Shown here: one piece after another, positions 1-11,520 of the stretch | Position numbering within the stretch: position 1 is the first letter of the stretch | How the letters are laid out: the number at the start of each line of letters is the position of its first letter | NCBI GenBank assembly: GCA_050084515.1 | Contig: CM114271.1 | Span: 10,168,001-10,232,000, forward strand | From: Blasia pusilla | Lineage: Eukaryota | Reading direction: 5' to 3' | Length of the DNA stretch: 64,000 bases | Translations under genes and position numbers: made by a program | The notes under the pieces: generated by a model | Seen by the model: the letters and a program-made list of their open reading frames with translations, nothing else | What the model was told of the DNA's origin: nothing | Database searches by the model: none

Positions 1-1606
1 GGGGCGTCCTTTCTAGATGCATACAGATTGGAGAATGTCAGGGCTTGGAGCGATGCTCTCCCACCATGACGATGAGGGTAGAGAGTTCTTGGTGGATTAG
101 CCTAGTGTGGTATCCACATTTTTGAAATTATGGTAGAAAGATCATTTTTGTAAAGAAATGTAGTGAAGTCTTCACTAATTGAACACTGAAGGCTCAAGAC
201 TGGAAGTAAAGAAGAATGCATTGCAGAAATTGTGTTGAAGCATGTCAAGTCATGGAAGTGTGGAATTGGGAGAGCTCCACTAAAGGGACAAGACAGAGTG
301 AGAGATTGAGGATTGCCTTAGAGGAGTGAGAACTTTTGTAAGAGTAGGAAAGGAGAATGATAGGGAAGAAGTAGAAGAGGCGCGGGTGCTTTGTAGGAAA
401 GACTACGGCGAAGACCGTAGTGTGGGAAGATGGTAAAGACTATTAACAAAGACTTGTAAAGGACTTCTTCTTTGTAGTATAAGTTCAAAGGGACTCTTTG
501 TGCAAAGATTGTGAACAAAGTATGAAGACCAAAGAGCAAAGACTAAGAAAGCAAAGAAGCAAAAGAAAGAAGAAGAAGGAATCAGCGAGAGTCTTCATAA
601 AGCGGAAAGATGTATGAAGAGTAGGAATAGGAAGAGGAATAATGTTTTAAAGAAAAAGGATGGAAGGAAGGTTGCAAAGAGAACTTCTTTGCGGTGGCAG
701 CAACAATAGTATAGTCTTCGCGAAGGTAGGGAAGAGAGTCTTTGTGAAGATAGGAGAGGAGTGCTTCGCGTCCAGCAAAGACTGTAGATAGTGAACTGTC
801 GCGACAGTTTTGGAAGTTAGAAATGGAAGGGCGTCACAGTTCAGATGGAAGTAGAAGGGAATCAATAGAGAAATCAACCGACTCAGGGAAAATGAAGGGA
901 TGGAAGAATTGAACCATAAGATTGACAGTTAGAAATCTAGAAGGAAGTAGAAAGGCTACATAGAAAGAGCTACGAATTGTAAAGAGACTATTTAAAGCGA
1001 GTAAAATAGAAGAGCAAGGGGTCATTCCTTGTGTCTTGAGTTCCCATCACTCTTGTTGATTGTGTGAGAAGCATTTTTAAGAGATGATCCGAGCCGAAGA
1101 GCCTTGTACACTATGAAGCTCTTAATGCTTTCTAGTTTCCTCCACTCTTTGATGCAAGAGAAGTGTCCTCGCTCATTATTTTTTATGTGTGGAGCTGAAT
1201 GTCAATCTTATTGGGCTGGTGTAGGGATGAGAGTTGAGTCTTTGATTTTAGAGGATAATCAAGAAGAGCGTATGAAAGTTGTTAGACAGTGAGTAACGTG
1301 TCGTGAGAGATTTAGTTCTGAAAGTAGGGTGAGCGGCAATCTTCTTGAGGTCTCTTTGAGATCCTTGTTTGAACTTTGGTATCCAAGATTTGTAGAACTC
1401 CTTCTCTGCACTTGAGAAGAGTTTTTTTTTAGGAAAGAAAACCATTTTAATCTTTTTTACTATTGAAGACTCGATTGTTGAAGCTATTGAACTACTTAGT
1501 GAAGAAGAAGTTATTCTTTATATTTCTTATAAATCCTCTCTTTTCTGAGGAAATAGTGATCTCTTGGCGATTAAGAGAGTACCTTTTCCTTGAGTTGTAC
1601 ATTACA
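1..1606 (+). mobile_element. 5'-truncated LTR-like sequence ending ...ACATTACA, abutting a gypsy RNase H region
   Basis: The 3' end ACATTACA (1599-1606) matches the end of the solo LTR at 46919-48181. Segment ~100-440 aligns by eye with 53230-53557. No coding motifs. Gypsy RNase H sequence starts right after 1606. Confidence 0.5.
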
Positions 1607-3092
1607 ACTATTCGCTTGAACAATGTTGTATGAGGGTGAGTGCTTGGTTTTTGTGTGGGATGTCACACATTTCAAGTGTTACTTATTCAAAAACCCCTTT
1701 ACCATCATAAGTGATCATCAACCACTTAAGTGGTTGATGGAGTCGGACAAGCTAACATGGAAGCTTACGAGGTGGGCTCTATTGTTGCAAGAGTATGATT
1801 TCCAAGTGGTGTATAGACCTGGGATGCTCAACTAGGATGCAAATGGTTTGAGCCATAATCCATGTCTGAGTTAGTTAGATGCTACTGGAGCTTGATGGCA
1901 TGGAGAGTGTGATGAAGAGTTGGTGCCAAGATGGCACGTATCAGCCTATTTGGGCTTGTTTGCTATAGAATGCGAGAGTGTTGAGACTTCGATGGCGAGG
2001 TTTGATGGAGAGTCATTAGATTGGCCGGTGAGGAGGCAACAAGTGGTCGAGATATTCACGAGGATGGAGTAGTCTTGGAGGACCTGGGTATTGGCAACAT
2101 CGCGAGCACAGTGGGTGCTAGAGAGCGGAATCACATCCTACGATAAGCTAGATGGTCCCGGTGGGAGGGGACACATGTGTTTTGAGTTTGGGAGGATGAT
2201 AGAGTACGTGTAGTGCCTCTTCTTTTAGAGAGAGTACGTTTGGTATGACATGCCCACTAGGAGTTGGGTCATTTTGGAGTGAAGCAGACATACATCTTGC
2301 TCAAGATACAATATTGGTGGAGAGGCATGCATACTTAAGTTTGGAACTTTGTTGCTAGGTGGATAGTGTGTGATCAAGTCTGGACATCGTTCAATGCTCC
2401 GACTCCACAGTTGCATCCACTTCTGATTGTGGATTTAGGTTAAAGATGGAATTTGGATTTTATAGGACCTTTACCTTTGGCAAAGCGCCATAGTCGTTAT
2501 GTGTTGGTGATGGTCAAACATCAAATTGGATAGAGTTTATTGTATTTTCTGAAAAAGTCAGTGAGGGAGTATCATATGCCTTTCTAGATTGAGTATTGAG
2601 AGTCATTACGGCGCACCAGCTGAGGTATTGACACACTAGGGTAAGGAGTCTCATGGGGAGTTTCAGGCCTTGTATGATCAGGCGCTAATCGACCACCACA
2701 CTACTTGGCGAGATCATCCTGAGATCGATGGATTGGCGGAGAGGGTTGTGTAGACAATGAAGAGAGGTTTATATTAGTATGTCTTGCAGAGAGGTCACCT
2801 AGAAGATAGGGACCTCTAGTTGCCATGCTTGGCAACAAGACACAGATTCAGCAAACAGGCCTCCTTAGCGTCTTTCTCATCGTATTTGGTGCTTTATGAT
2901 TGAGAGCCAGATTTATCTATGGCAATTTGTCAAGATGTTGCACGCTTACGATGTATGTTCTATGGTTGTGCCCGTGGTGCAGCCACTATGCTAGTTTGTG
3001 ATGGATGTTTGAGAGGATGGCATATGGTATGTTTGAGGCCACCTCTCACCAGGATTCCTCGGGGACAATGGATGTGCCCTAGATGTACATAG
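1607..3092 (+). pseudogene. Degenerate Ty3/gypsy pol: RNase H, integrase, C-terminal PHD finger
   Basis: RNase H: YEGECL..W..HFKCYL..PFTIISDHQPLKWL..RWALLLQEYDF. Integrase remnants: H..LGHFGV, W.LDFIGP, HPEIDGLAER, with many stops. 2943-3092 reads RLRCMFYGCARGAATMLVCDGCLRGWHMVCLRPPLTRIPRGQWMCPRCT*. Confidence 0.85.
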
Positions 3093-3684
3093 AGTAGGAA
3101 GTTATAGATTTTGACTTGTGTCTGTGACATGGATGACAAAAAGGCAACTAACGATGGGGCGACATAAGCATACGGTCTTTTTGCTCTTAGCATCCTAGAT
3201 ATATATATATCATGGTAGGTAGGGATAGATGGCTATGTGGAGTTAGAGGGACCTAACCACCAGCTAGGGGGGCAATTGGAGATATTTTGGTAATTCTCGT
3301 CTCATTTTTTGGATGGCATGTGTTAGCATGGGATCGTTCAAGTTCTTGTTTATGTTTGGTCACAACGATATATGTTGTGTAGCAATGTGTTTATGCACTA
3401 TAACTGTCACGTCTGTTAGGATAGATCGACAAGATAGTATATCATATAGTAGAGGGCCTTTGGACATACTAGAGGAAAGCCTTTGGAGGTCGAGGATTAC
3501 CCGCTGAGGCTACGAGTAACCATAGAGAGCAGGGTTCCCTTTTGTTTGGGGTTATTTGGAGCCATATTGAGGAACTTACTAGTTTGGATAAGGTACCGTT
3601 TTGGATATAGTTGCCTTTCCACTTTTGGAAGTAGCCCTTGACCCATTATAGCAGATCAATAGCCAATGAGATGGGAAAGGGTAT

Positions 3685-3687
<3 letters not shown>

Positions 3688-3736
<49 letters not shown>

Positions 3737-3780
3737 ATAGGTTATTGTGGAGAGAGTTTGGGAGAGGGAAAGGGGTATGT

Positions 3781-3823
<43 letters not shown>
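3688..3823. repeat. Two (AG)n microsatellites in a short duplicated unit (GGGTATGTC-(AG)n)
   Basis: (AG)n at 3688-3735 and 3784-3823, both preceded by ggaaa(g)gggtatgtc. They lie in LTR-like DNA starting TGTCAC at ~3405. Confidence 0.9.
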
Positions 3824-3824
<1 letters not shown>

Positions 3825-4603
3825 CTCAGTAGTTCCTTGTTGTTATTGCAAGTTGCAGACAGTGCTCCCTGCTTCATGGCTCACGAGAGTGCTCATGGGA
3901 GCAAGAGCCATATGTTTGGTAGAATTTCTTTGTAGTTTTTTCATACGAGAGAGTGACTCGCGGAAGCACTTCCCAATTTTTTGTAGAAATTGAGTATAGG
4001 GGCGGTTTGCTTTATGTTGGTATTCTCAAGGGCAGCATGTAGCTCTCTGGTTTTTTTTGTGATAGGTTTTCAAATTTCCTTGCGTGTTGCGAAAAATTTT
4101 GTAGGAGAAGAGACTTTGGGATACACGAAAATTCCTGTCTTTTTAAATGGTGCGCAATTTTGAGATCGGAGCATGAAGTTTTGACAATATATGCGAACCT
4201 GCCCTAGCCATTGCTTGGGAAGGAGAAAAATTCAAATTTCTTGGTAACTTCTTAGTTGATGTAGAAAATCATTTAATATCAAGAGAAGATCTAGTTGGAA
4301 GTAGGAGTGAGTGAAAACTATTTGAGGGGAGTTGACCTAGTTTTAGTGAACGATGTGAGTGTAAGTCCAAGCTAGTTTGGAAAATTTTACCTCTTTGAGG
4401 GGGCTTGACCGAGTTTTTTGGGGGATATTTTAGTAAGAAGTTAAGAAAAAAGCGGGGGGACGCCGTCCGCCCCTACCATGACGCGTAGGCTGCAAGGTGT
4501 ACTACCACGTCCGCCGCTAACTCATGGTCTCGTGCCAAGATGCGTTCTAGTGGCGTCATGGCTGCCACTACAGTCAACACACTTTTGGCGCTCACGACCA
4601 AAT

Positions 4604-5607
4604 TGTCGCGACCCTCATAACCAAACAAGCGCCAATCGGAACATCCAAACTCTAGCGAGCTCAAGCTAGGATGGTTTGCGCTTTGAGAGTTAAGGAAACA
4701 CAAGGGCGAGACACGAGCGAGGCGAGCGTTTCGAGTGCTTCATGTGTTGTGGTCGTGACCAAGAAATCGAAACCAAATGCGGTACTCAGACTTGAGAGAA
4801 GTCAATTCTTGGACGAGACGCGGCCAAGGGGTAAAAACCAGACTTGAGACCCGGTCAGCATTTGGGAGTTTTTGACTGTACTTTTGATCATAACTTTGAG
4901 TTCCAAAGAGCGTTTGGGATAAGTAAGGTAGAGTTAGAAAGCTTATGTCAAGTTGGTTCCAATGTACCAAAGACCTTTGCAAACACTTGCGTAGAGGTTG
5001 AGATATGGGCCAAAATCGAGTGTAAGAGGAATCCGGTTGAGGGCCAAAAAGAGGGGCCCAGGTGGTCTTTCCCAAAGGTAGGGGGACCCTGGAGTTTCCC
5101 AGAAGTACTAGTAAGGGGGAACGTCTCCAAGAGTGCTTGGGACTCATACCCCACTTTGGGTGCCGCGGGGCGACCCAAGGGCACGGAATGGATTGTGAGT
5201 TTGGTGTTGGGCTTCAAGATCCAAACCAAGTTCAATAGAGGGATTTTGGAGATCCCTATTGGATTCCAACTTGCGACTCATATCGTTGAGTCTCGATTAG
5301 GGCTCATGCAAAGTCCGTTGGACAGTTGGGACCGCTATGTGCGCCAACGTCATTTCAGGTGCCTAGACTAACCAGAAAGTATGTCCCAAGTCTCAGAAGG
5401 CTTGCCCGTGTTGGGAACCTAGGAATGAGGAAAGGTTGAGCTTCATGAGATGCTGAGTTGAGGACTTGGTGGGTTGGAAGGCCGCTTGACCCAAAGCCAA
5501 ACTAATGTGAGTGCGTTTGGGTGCAGGTAGGCGATGAGAGTGTGTCTTACTAAACGTATGCTTCCGCAACACTAAGATTGACGTTCAAGGAGAGAAGGCG
5601 CATGACA
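4604..5607 (+). repeat. 5' LTR of the chromovirus (~1.0 kb)
   Basis: TG...CA termini, followed 2 nt later by a tRNA-Met PBS. Homologous to 36678-37686 in reverse orientation. Confidence 0.88.
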
Positions 5608-5609
5608 TG

Positions 5610-5621
5610 TGGTATCAGAGC
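5610..5621 (+). promoter_or_regulatory. Primer-binding site complementary to initiator tRNA-Met
   Basis: TGGTATCAGAGC immediately after the LTR end. Confidence 0.9.
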
Positions 5622-5823
5622 TAATCCTTGGTGAGCGAGAACTTGGGGTTGTGGGAGTAACCGGACGCTTCGGGAAAACCGGAGGTAGCGGCAAGACCCA
5701 AACGCTCGAGGAGGGATGCAAGAAATGAGGAGGAGATCTGAGTGTGGGGGCTTGAAGATGGCAACCGAGGGAGAAGAACCAGGGAAACGATGAGCCAAGC
5801 GACGCGAACCACAGGACAAACCA

Positions 5824-8800
5824 ATGCCAGATTGGAAGCCGATGGAGGAGACGCCGACTCTCAAGATGCTAAACATTAGACATGAGGGTGTCCCAAACGT
5901 AGACACTCATACGGAGCCAATGGCCCCAAACTCAAGTGAACCGGCCTTCTACGCCCAGATGTTGGATTATATGAAGATTATGACCGAACAAGTCCTCATG
6001 CAAAACAAGCGGATTGCAGAGCTTGAGTCGAACAGAGCTTTGAGTCCTCGCAAAAAGCTCTGCAAGACAAACCTGCCCACGCCATTCACCGGAGTGGGTG
6101 CACTCGCAAGGTGAAAGATTTCCTTATGGAGATGGAATATTACTTTGAGGCGCAGAGGGCAGCAGAACAAGATAAGGTGGCAGTGGCGGTCACCTTTCTA
6201 AAGGATCATGCGCCACAATGGTGGACAACGCAATGGGAAGAATATCTGGGCGGCAGTTCACCTCTGAGTTGGGAGGAGTTCAAGATGCTGATTGATGACC
6301 GATTCACCCCGGAGTACCAAGAGATTTGCAATAGGGTAGAGCTCATGCGACTACGGAAAATTGGGCCCTTAAGCGCTTATGTGAGGGAGTTCAGCGCAAA
6401 GTTGAACTCCATTCCTAAGGTGGATGAGGCATCGCAGATAGCGATCTTCATTGGTGGACTCAAACAAAGTGCAGAGAAGGCCGTGTACAGAATGACGGAG
6501 CTGCCGAACACCTGCGTGGAGCTTTTGAGGTTGGCGGAGCGGATTGGGGACGATGAGGTCCAAACACCAAAGCCCTTTGAGACAAAAACTTTTTCCAAAA
6601 GTTTGAAAAACAAAGGGGCACCCAAGAGGGTCTAGAGTGGGGTTGAGCATGACCAAGGAGAGTCTCTCAACCCATTAGCAAAGCGATAGGAACGCCTTGC
6701 TAAGTCGAAGGGAGCACAACATCCGAAGTCAGGAAATGGCAAGGTGGTATGCTACAACTGTGGTGAACCTGGGCACATGGCAAAAGGATGCTCCAAACCG
6801 AAGGTTAGTAATGGGAGTATGATTGCGTTAGTTGCTAAGCACTTGTCGGCAGAAAGTTTGGAGACCTCCCTTCAAGTCACCAAGAGGACACCCAACTTGG
6901 TGTACCTAAGATCCAAAATTGTTGATTGCGATGTGATGTTGCTCGTGGATACAGGTGCTTTGCACTCCTTCCTAAGCCCAAGAATCATGAAGGAGTTGGA
7001 TGTGTCCACCTCTAAGGCAGACCAGCCCATTTGAGTAGGCTTTGCTGGAGGCAAGTCTCAACGAACTTCCGAGTTGGTACTGGGTTTGACAATAGGATGC
7101 GGAGTATTCAAGTTGAAGGAGAATTTCAAGGTGTGCGAGATGGATGGCATCAACGGAGTCTTGGGGAACACATTCCTGGATGCGTATGAGGTGGAGCTAG
7201 GGAAAAGGCCATTGAGGTTGAGCGTCTTAATTAAAGGAAAACGGATGCAAGTGAGGTTGGTTCGCGAGATGCCCGTGAGGAAGGAGTTGGTGAACGCCAT
7301 TACAAGGAGGAGTTTGACCGAGTTGGAGGATGGATTCCTTTGCTTAATGAGACAAGTGGAAGACACCCTTAGCAAGAAACGCAGGGATCAGACCGTGGCT
7401 TCAAGGGGAATCCCAAGACTGCTACAGAGAGTAGTCAAGGAGTTTGGTGATGTCTTGACGAATGAGCTTCCGAACGAGTTGCCACCGCATAGGGAAGTCG
7501 ATCACAAGATAGAGGTCATTCCCGAATCTCAACCATCTTCTAAGGCACCATATAGATTGAATTAGGAGGAGCTGGTTGAGGTAAAAAAGAAGTTAAGTGA
7601 GCTCTTAGAGAAAGGCTACTTTAGAACCAACAAGTCACCGTATGGAGCGCCTATTCTCTTTGTGAAGAAGAAGGATGGGAAGATGAGACTTTGTGTGGAT
7701 TACCGTGCGCTAAATAAAGTGATTGTGAGAAAAAATTACCCTCTTCCGAGGATCGATGACCTCTTTGATAGACTGTGAGGGGCAAAGTACTTTAGTAGGA
7801 TTGACTTGAAATCAGGATTTTACCAGATTCGGATTGCCGAAGCAGATGTGGAAAAGACTGCGTGTAGAACGAGATATGGCTCGTTCGAGTTTGTGGTGAT
7901 GCCCTTCGGTCTGTGTAATGCGCCTCTGACGTTCACCACATTGATGAAATCCATTTTTCATGAGGATGTGGATGAGTACGTGATCATCTATATTAATGAT
8001 ATACTCGTCTATTCGAAGTCACTCGAAGAGCACGCTTGACATTTGAGGGTGATGTTGTCGAAACTAAGGGCGAACAAGCTGTATGCGAATATGGACAAGA
8101 GTGAGTTCAGGTTGCCCAAGATCAAGTTCTTGGGTCATGTGGTTAGCAAAGATGGAGTTAGTCCGCACTCTATTCTTACAACTCCATGTTGATTATTCCA
8201 TTGATGAGAAAGGTTCGCCTGATTCACTCTTCACTCTACAGAACCAAAAATAATACTCAGACATAAGCATCGCACATCAGAATGAAGGAATGAGTACTTT
8301 ACTACTCCATCAAGAATGAGAAAGCTTCAAAGTGTTATACAAGATTGAGAGGGTACTACTCCCTTGCTCGGATCATTCCTACAGCATGAGGACTTCGTAA
8401 GCGAATGATGATGATAGCTATTTGCATGTTTCTTAAATACTCTCTGAAGTAGGAGTGATCCAAAGATTTGAAGCGTTCTTGATGAAGTTGGTGTCTCTTC
8501 AACATTTGTAACTACCTAGATCTATGGTGCTCTTCTCTTTTCCTAAGATCCCTATGAATTCGTAGAACAAAACTGTCTTAACTACCTATCTGATACAAAG
8601 AGTTGCGCCTTTTCCTATTCTAACTGTTCTAACTATGTGTCGCTTGAAATCACTGTCCGTCTTAGCTTTGCTTCGCTGCTAAGTGTGGACCTCTTTTGCT
8701 TTGCTTCAAGATGAAGCTCTTTCTCCTGATCTAAAGACGAAGTGCTTCATTCTTTGTTCTTGTTCTAGGGGCTTCATTATTCGTTCTTCATGCTTCGTTC

Positions 8801-10857
8801 AAGAGCGAAGTACTTCTTTCTCTTCTTCTTCTTCTTCATGCTTTGTTCAAGAGCGAAGCACTTCATACACAAGTTCTTGAGAGAGCTTCGTTGTCTTTTC
8901 GAAGCTTCTTGTTGGGTCTTTAGACTTCGTTATTGTATTCTCCTCTCCTCTCAGGAAAATCCTTGATTTTCTATCTCTCTGCCTTGTCCTTGGAGCTTTG
9001 TGATTCACTTTAATCTTGCTCATTCTTCTCCATAACCATAATATCAAAATCATAGTGTATATACAAGTCTTCTTTGAATAAAAAGATGTAATTCTTCAAA
9101 AGTACAAAATTGTGGGCATCACACCCACTCATGAGAAAGGGTTGTTTGCGATGGTCCATTGCTTGAGGAAGTGGCGTCACTATTTAGGACTTCACAGGAC
9201 TCGAGTGTTCACGGATAACATATCGCTCTAGTATTTTGAGACCCAAGATCGAGTTACACCGAAACAACTAAGATAGCATGATACCTTGGCGTTGATGAAT
9301 GTGGAACTCATCTACAAGCCAAGGAACGATAATATCATTTCGGATGCGTTGAGTTGCAGGGATGAGGACATGCCATCAACAACATAGGTCTTGAGAGCAA
9401 TGTTCCCTAAGGAAACAGATCTGGAAAGAAGGATTCGTTAGGGATACATGAAAGACACCCAGGCAAGCAAGTACCTAAGGACGTTGAAGCAGGGCGAGAA
9501 GGTGGGCAACATAAGTTTGAGACATGGTTTACTAAGGTTCAAGCAAAGCAGGATCTATGAACCAAGGTGTTAGTGGAATGTTATGATGGATCCTTGGCAA
9601 GACATAAAGGGGAGAAAGCCACGTTGGCTATTCTCGCTAAAAGGTTCTTTTGGCCCAACATGAAAGAAGATGTTGCTCGATATGTGAAGACTTGGGTGAC
9701 CTGTCAGGCGAATAGGGTTTCTTATGCAAACAAACAAGGCTTGTTGCATCCCTTGCCGATTCCGGACGGACCCTTGCACAATGTGAGTATGGACTTCATA
9801 ACGAGTCTTCCTGAGTCTGAGGGATACAATACTTGTGATAGTTGATCGGTTCAATAAGTTGGGGAGATTCATGCCGACAGTGGATTCAGAGACGACCTAT
9901 ACGACTTCCTGACTCTTCCTAGATAGTTGGTGGCGCGCACACGGATTGCCAAGGAGTATTGTTTTAGATCGGGATCCAAAGTTTACCTGTGCCTTTTGGA
10001 AACACTTGTTTAGGAGGTTCAAGACCGAGCTGAGTTTGAGCAGGGCCTTCCATCCGCAGACGGATGGGCAAACGGAAAAGGTAAACTCCCTCGTGAACCA
10101 ATACTTAAGGAATTACGTGAGCGCGGACCAGCAAGATTGGGTGAAGTGGTTGAGTATGGCGGAGTTCTGCTACAACTCCACCAAACATTATGCAATAGGA
10201 GAATCTCGGTTTCTCTTGGCTTATGGACGTGAGCTAGAAGGGCCTCTTGACCTAGCCCTTTCGAAGGGTACTACATCAGCACCGACCCGACAAGCAACGA
10301 TAGAGGATTTGTTAGCGGAAATGCGAGAACGACAAGAGCGAGCAAGGAGAAACCTTGAAAAGGCTCAACTGAGGTAAGTGAAGCATGCTAACAAAAGCAA
10401 GCACCAAGTGAGATTCCAAGTTGGAGAATAAGTGTGGTTGAGTGTGAAGAATCTCACTCTTCCGAAGGAGTTGTCCGCGAAGCTATCTGCCAAGTATGTT
10501 GGACCGTATGTGATTAAGGCAAACCCGTTTGAGGATGTGTATATATTGGAGCTGCTAGAAGAGTTCAAGATACATCCCACTTTCCATGTGTCATTGTTGA
10601 AGAAGTATCTTCAGGATAATGACCGTCGCGAGCGAAGACAGGCATTGAGACCACAGTCGATAATCGTAAGCGAAGAACCAGAATTTGAGGTGGAGACCAT
10701 CTTGCGTGCGAGGTGTAGGGCCAGCACATACAAGTACTTGGTCAAGTGGAAAGGCTACCATGTGAAAGAGGCGACTTGGATTGCAAAGGCAGATCTGGAA
10801 CATGCGCAAGAGGTGTTGCAGGACTTCAAACGGTTGCAAGGGAAGCACATGTGTTAG
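5824..10857 (+). pseudogene. Chromovirus gag-pol polyprotein (stops, frameshifts, internal insertion)
   Basis: ORF fragments 6111-6635, 6744-7034, 7074-7565, 7806-8039, 9567-9845, 9946-10377 and 10432-10857 carry the domains in gypsy order. Confidence 0.92.
8166..9123 (-). mobile_element. Truncated LTR inserted between RT and RNase H of the chromovirus
   Basis: The reverse complement starts TGTGATGCCC at 9123 and aligns with the solo LTR at 46919 (TGTGATACCC; shared GAGCAAGGGAGTAGTACCCTCTC and TTTGAAGCTTTCTCATTCTTGATGG). Part of the host RT/RH junction is missing. Confidence 0.8.
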
Positions 10858-11208
10858 TACATGGAGAAGATAGAGACATGACTTGTGCCATAGGAAGCTT
10901 GGGCCAAAGGCTGTTGTAACTAGAGCAGGCTAGTGTTGCAATAAAGGAATGCATGAATTTGGAGATTCAATGGGTGTGTTATTTGCAATTTGTCTTTGGT
11001 AGGGCATGGCAATGAATAGTTCCTCATACGCTTAGGATGTAAGTCAAGAGGATAAACAAGGAGTATTTGAGGCAAGAGCTGGTATTCGGATAAATACCTA
11101 GAATAGGACTAAGTGCTGGGCAACTAGCACTTGGGCTCGCCCTAGCGTCGGCGGGGTAGATCACTCTGTCTTGGGGCTTGGGGTGATCTCACTCGTGAGT
11201 GTATGAGT

Positions 11209-11520
11209 TGTGGAAAACTGCTAAACAAGCATAACTGGTGGAAAACGGCTCTCACACACACACACCACCATGGAGAACGAAATTTGCAATGAGAGAATGA
11301 GTGGAGGCTGGTCCTCTTCTCAATTATATAGGGTATGTACAAGCAACCCTAACCCTATCCTTAATCATAGTCTCGAGTTAGCCTAACTGTGATTAACTAA
11401 CCCTAGTTAAGATAATCGTGCTTAACTGACTAACCAAGATTAAGCTTCCCTACTTCGTGTGAGTGCCAAATGTAGCAGTTCAGGTGTCTCATGAGCTTGA
11501 TTGTAACTCAATCTTCAATA
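11209..11520 (-). mobile_element. Ty1/copia solo LTR (312 bp) with 5-bp TSD TGAGT
   Basis: Reverse complement of the LTRs at 57913-58228 and 62534-62849. TGAGT at 11204-11208 and 11521-11525. Confidence 0.95.
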
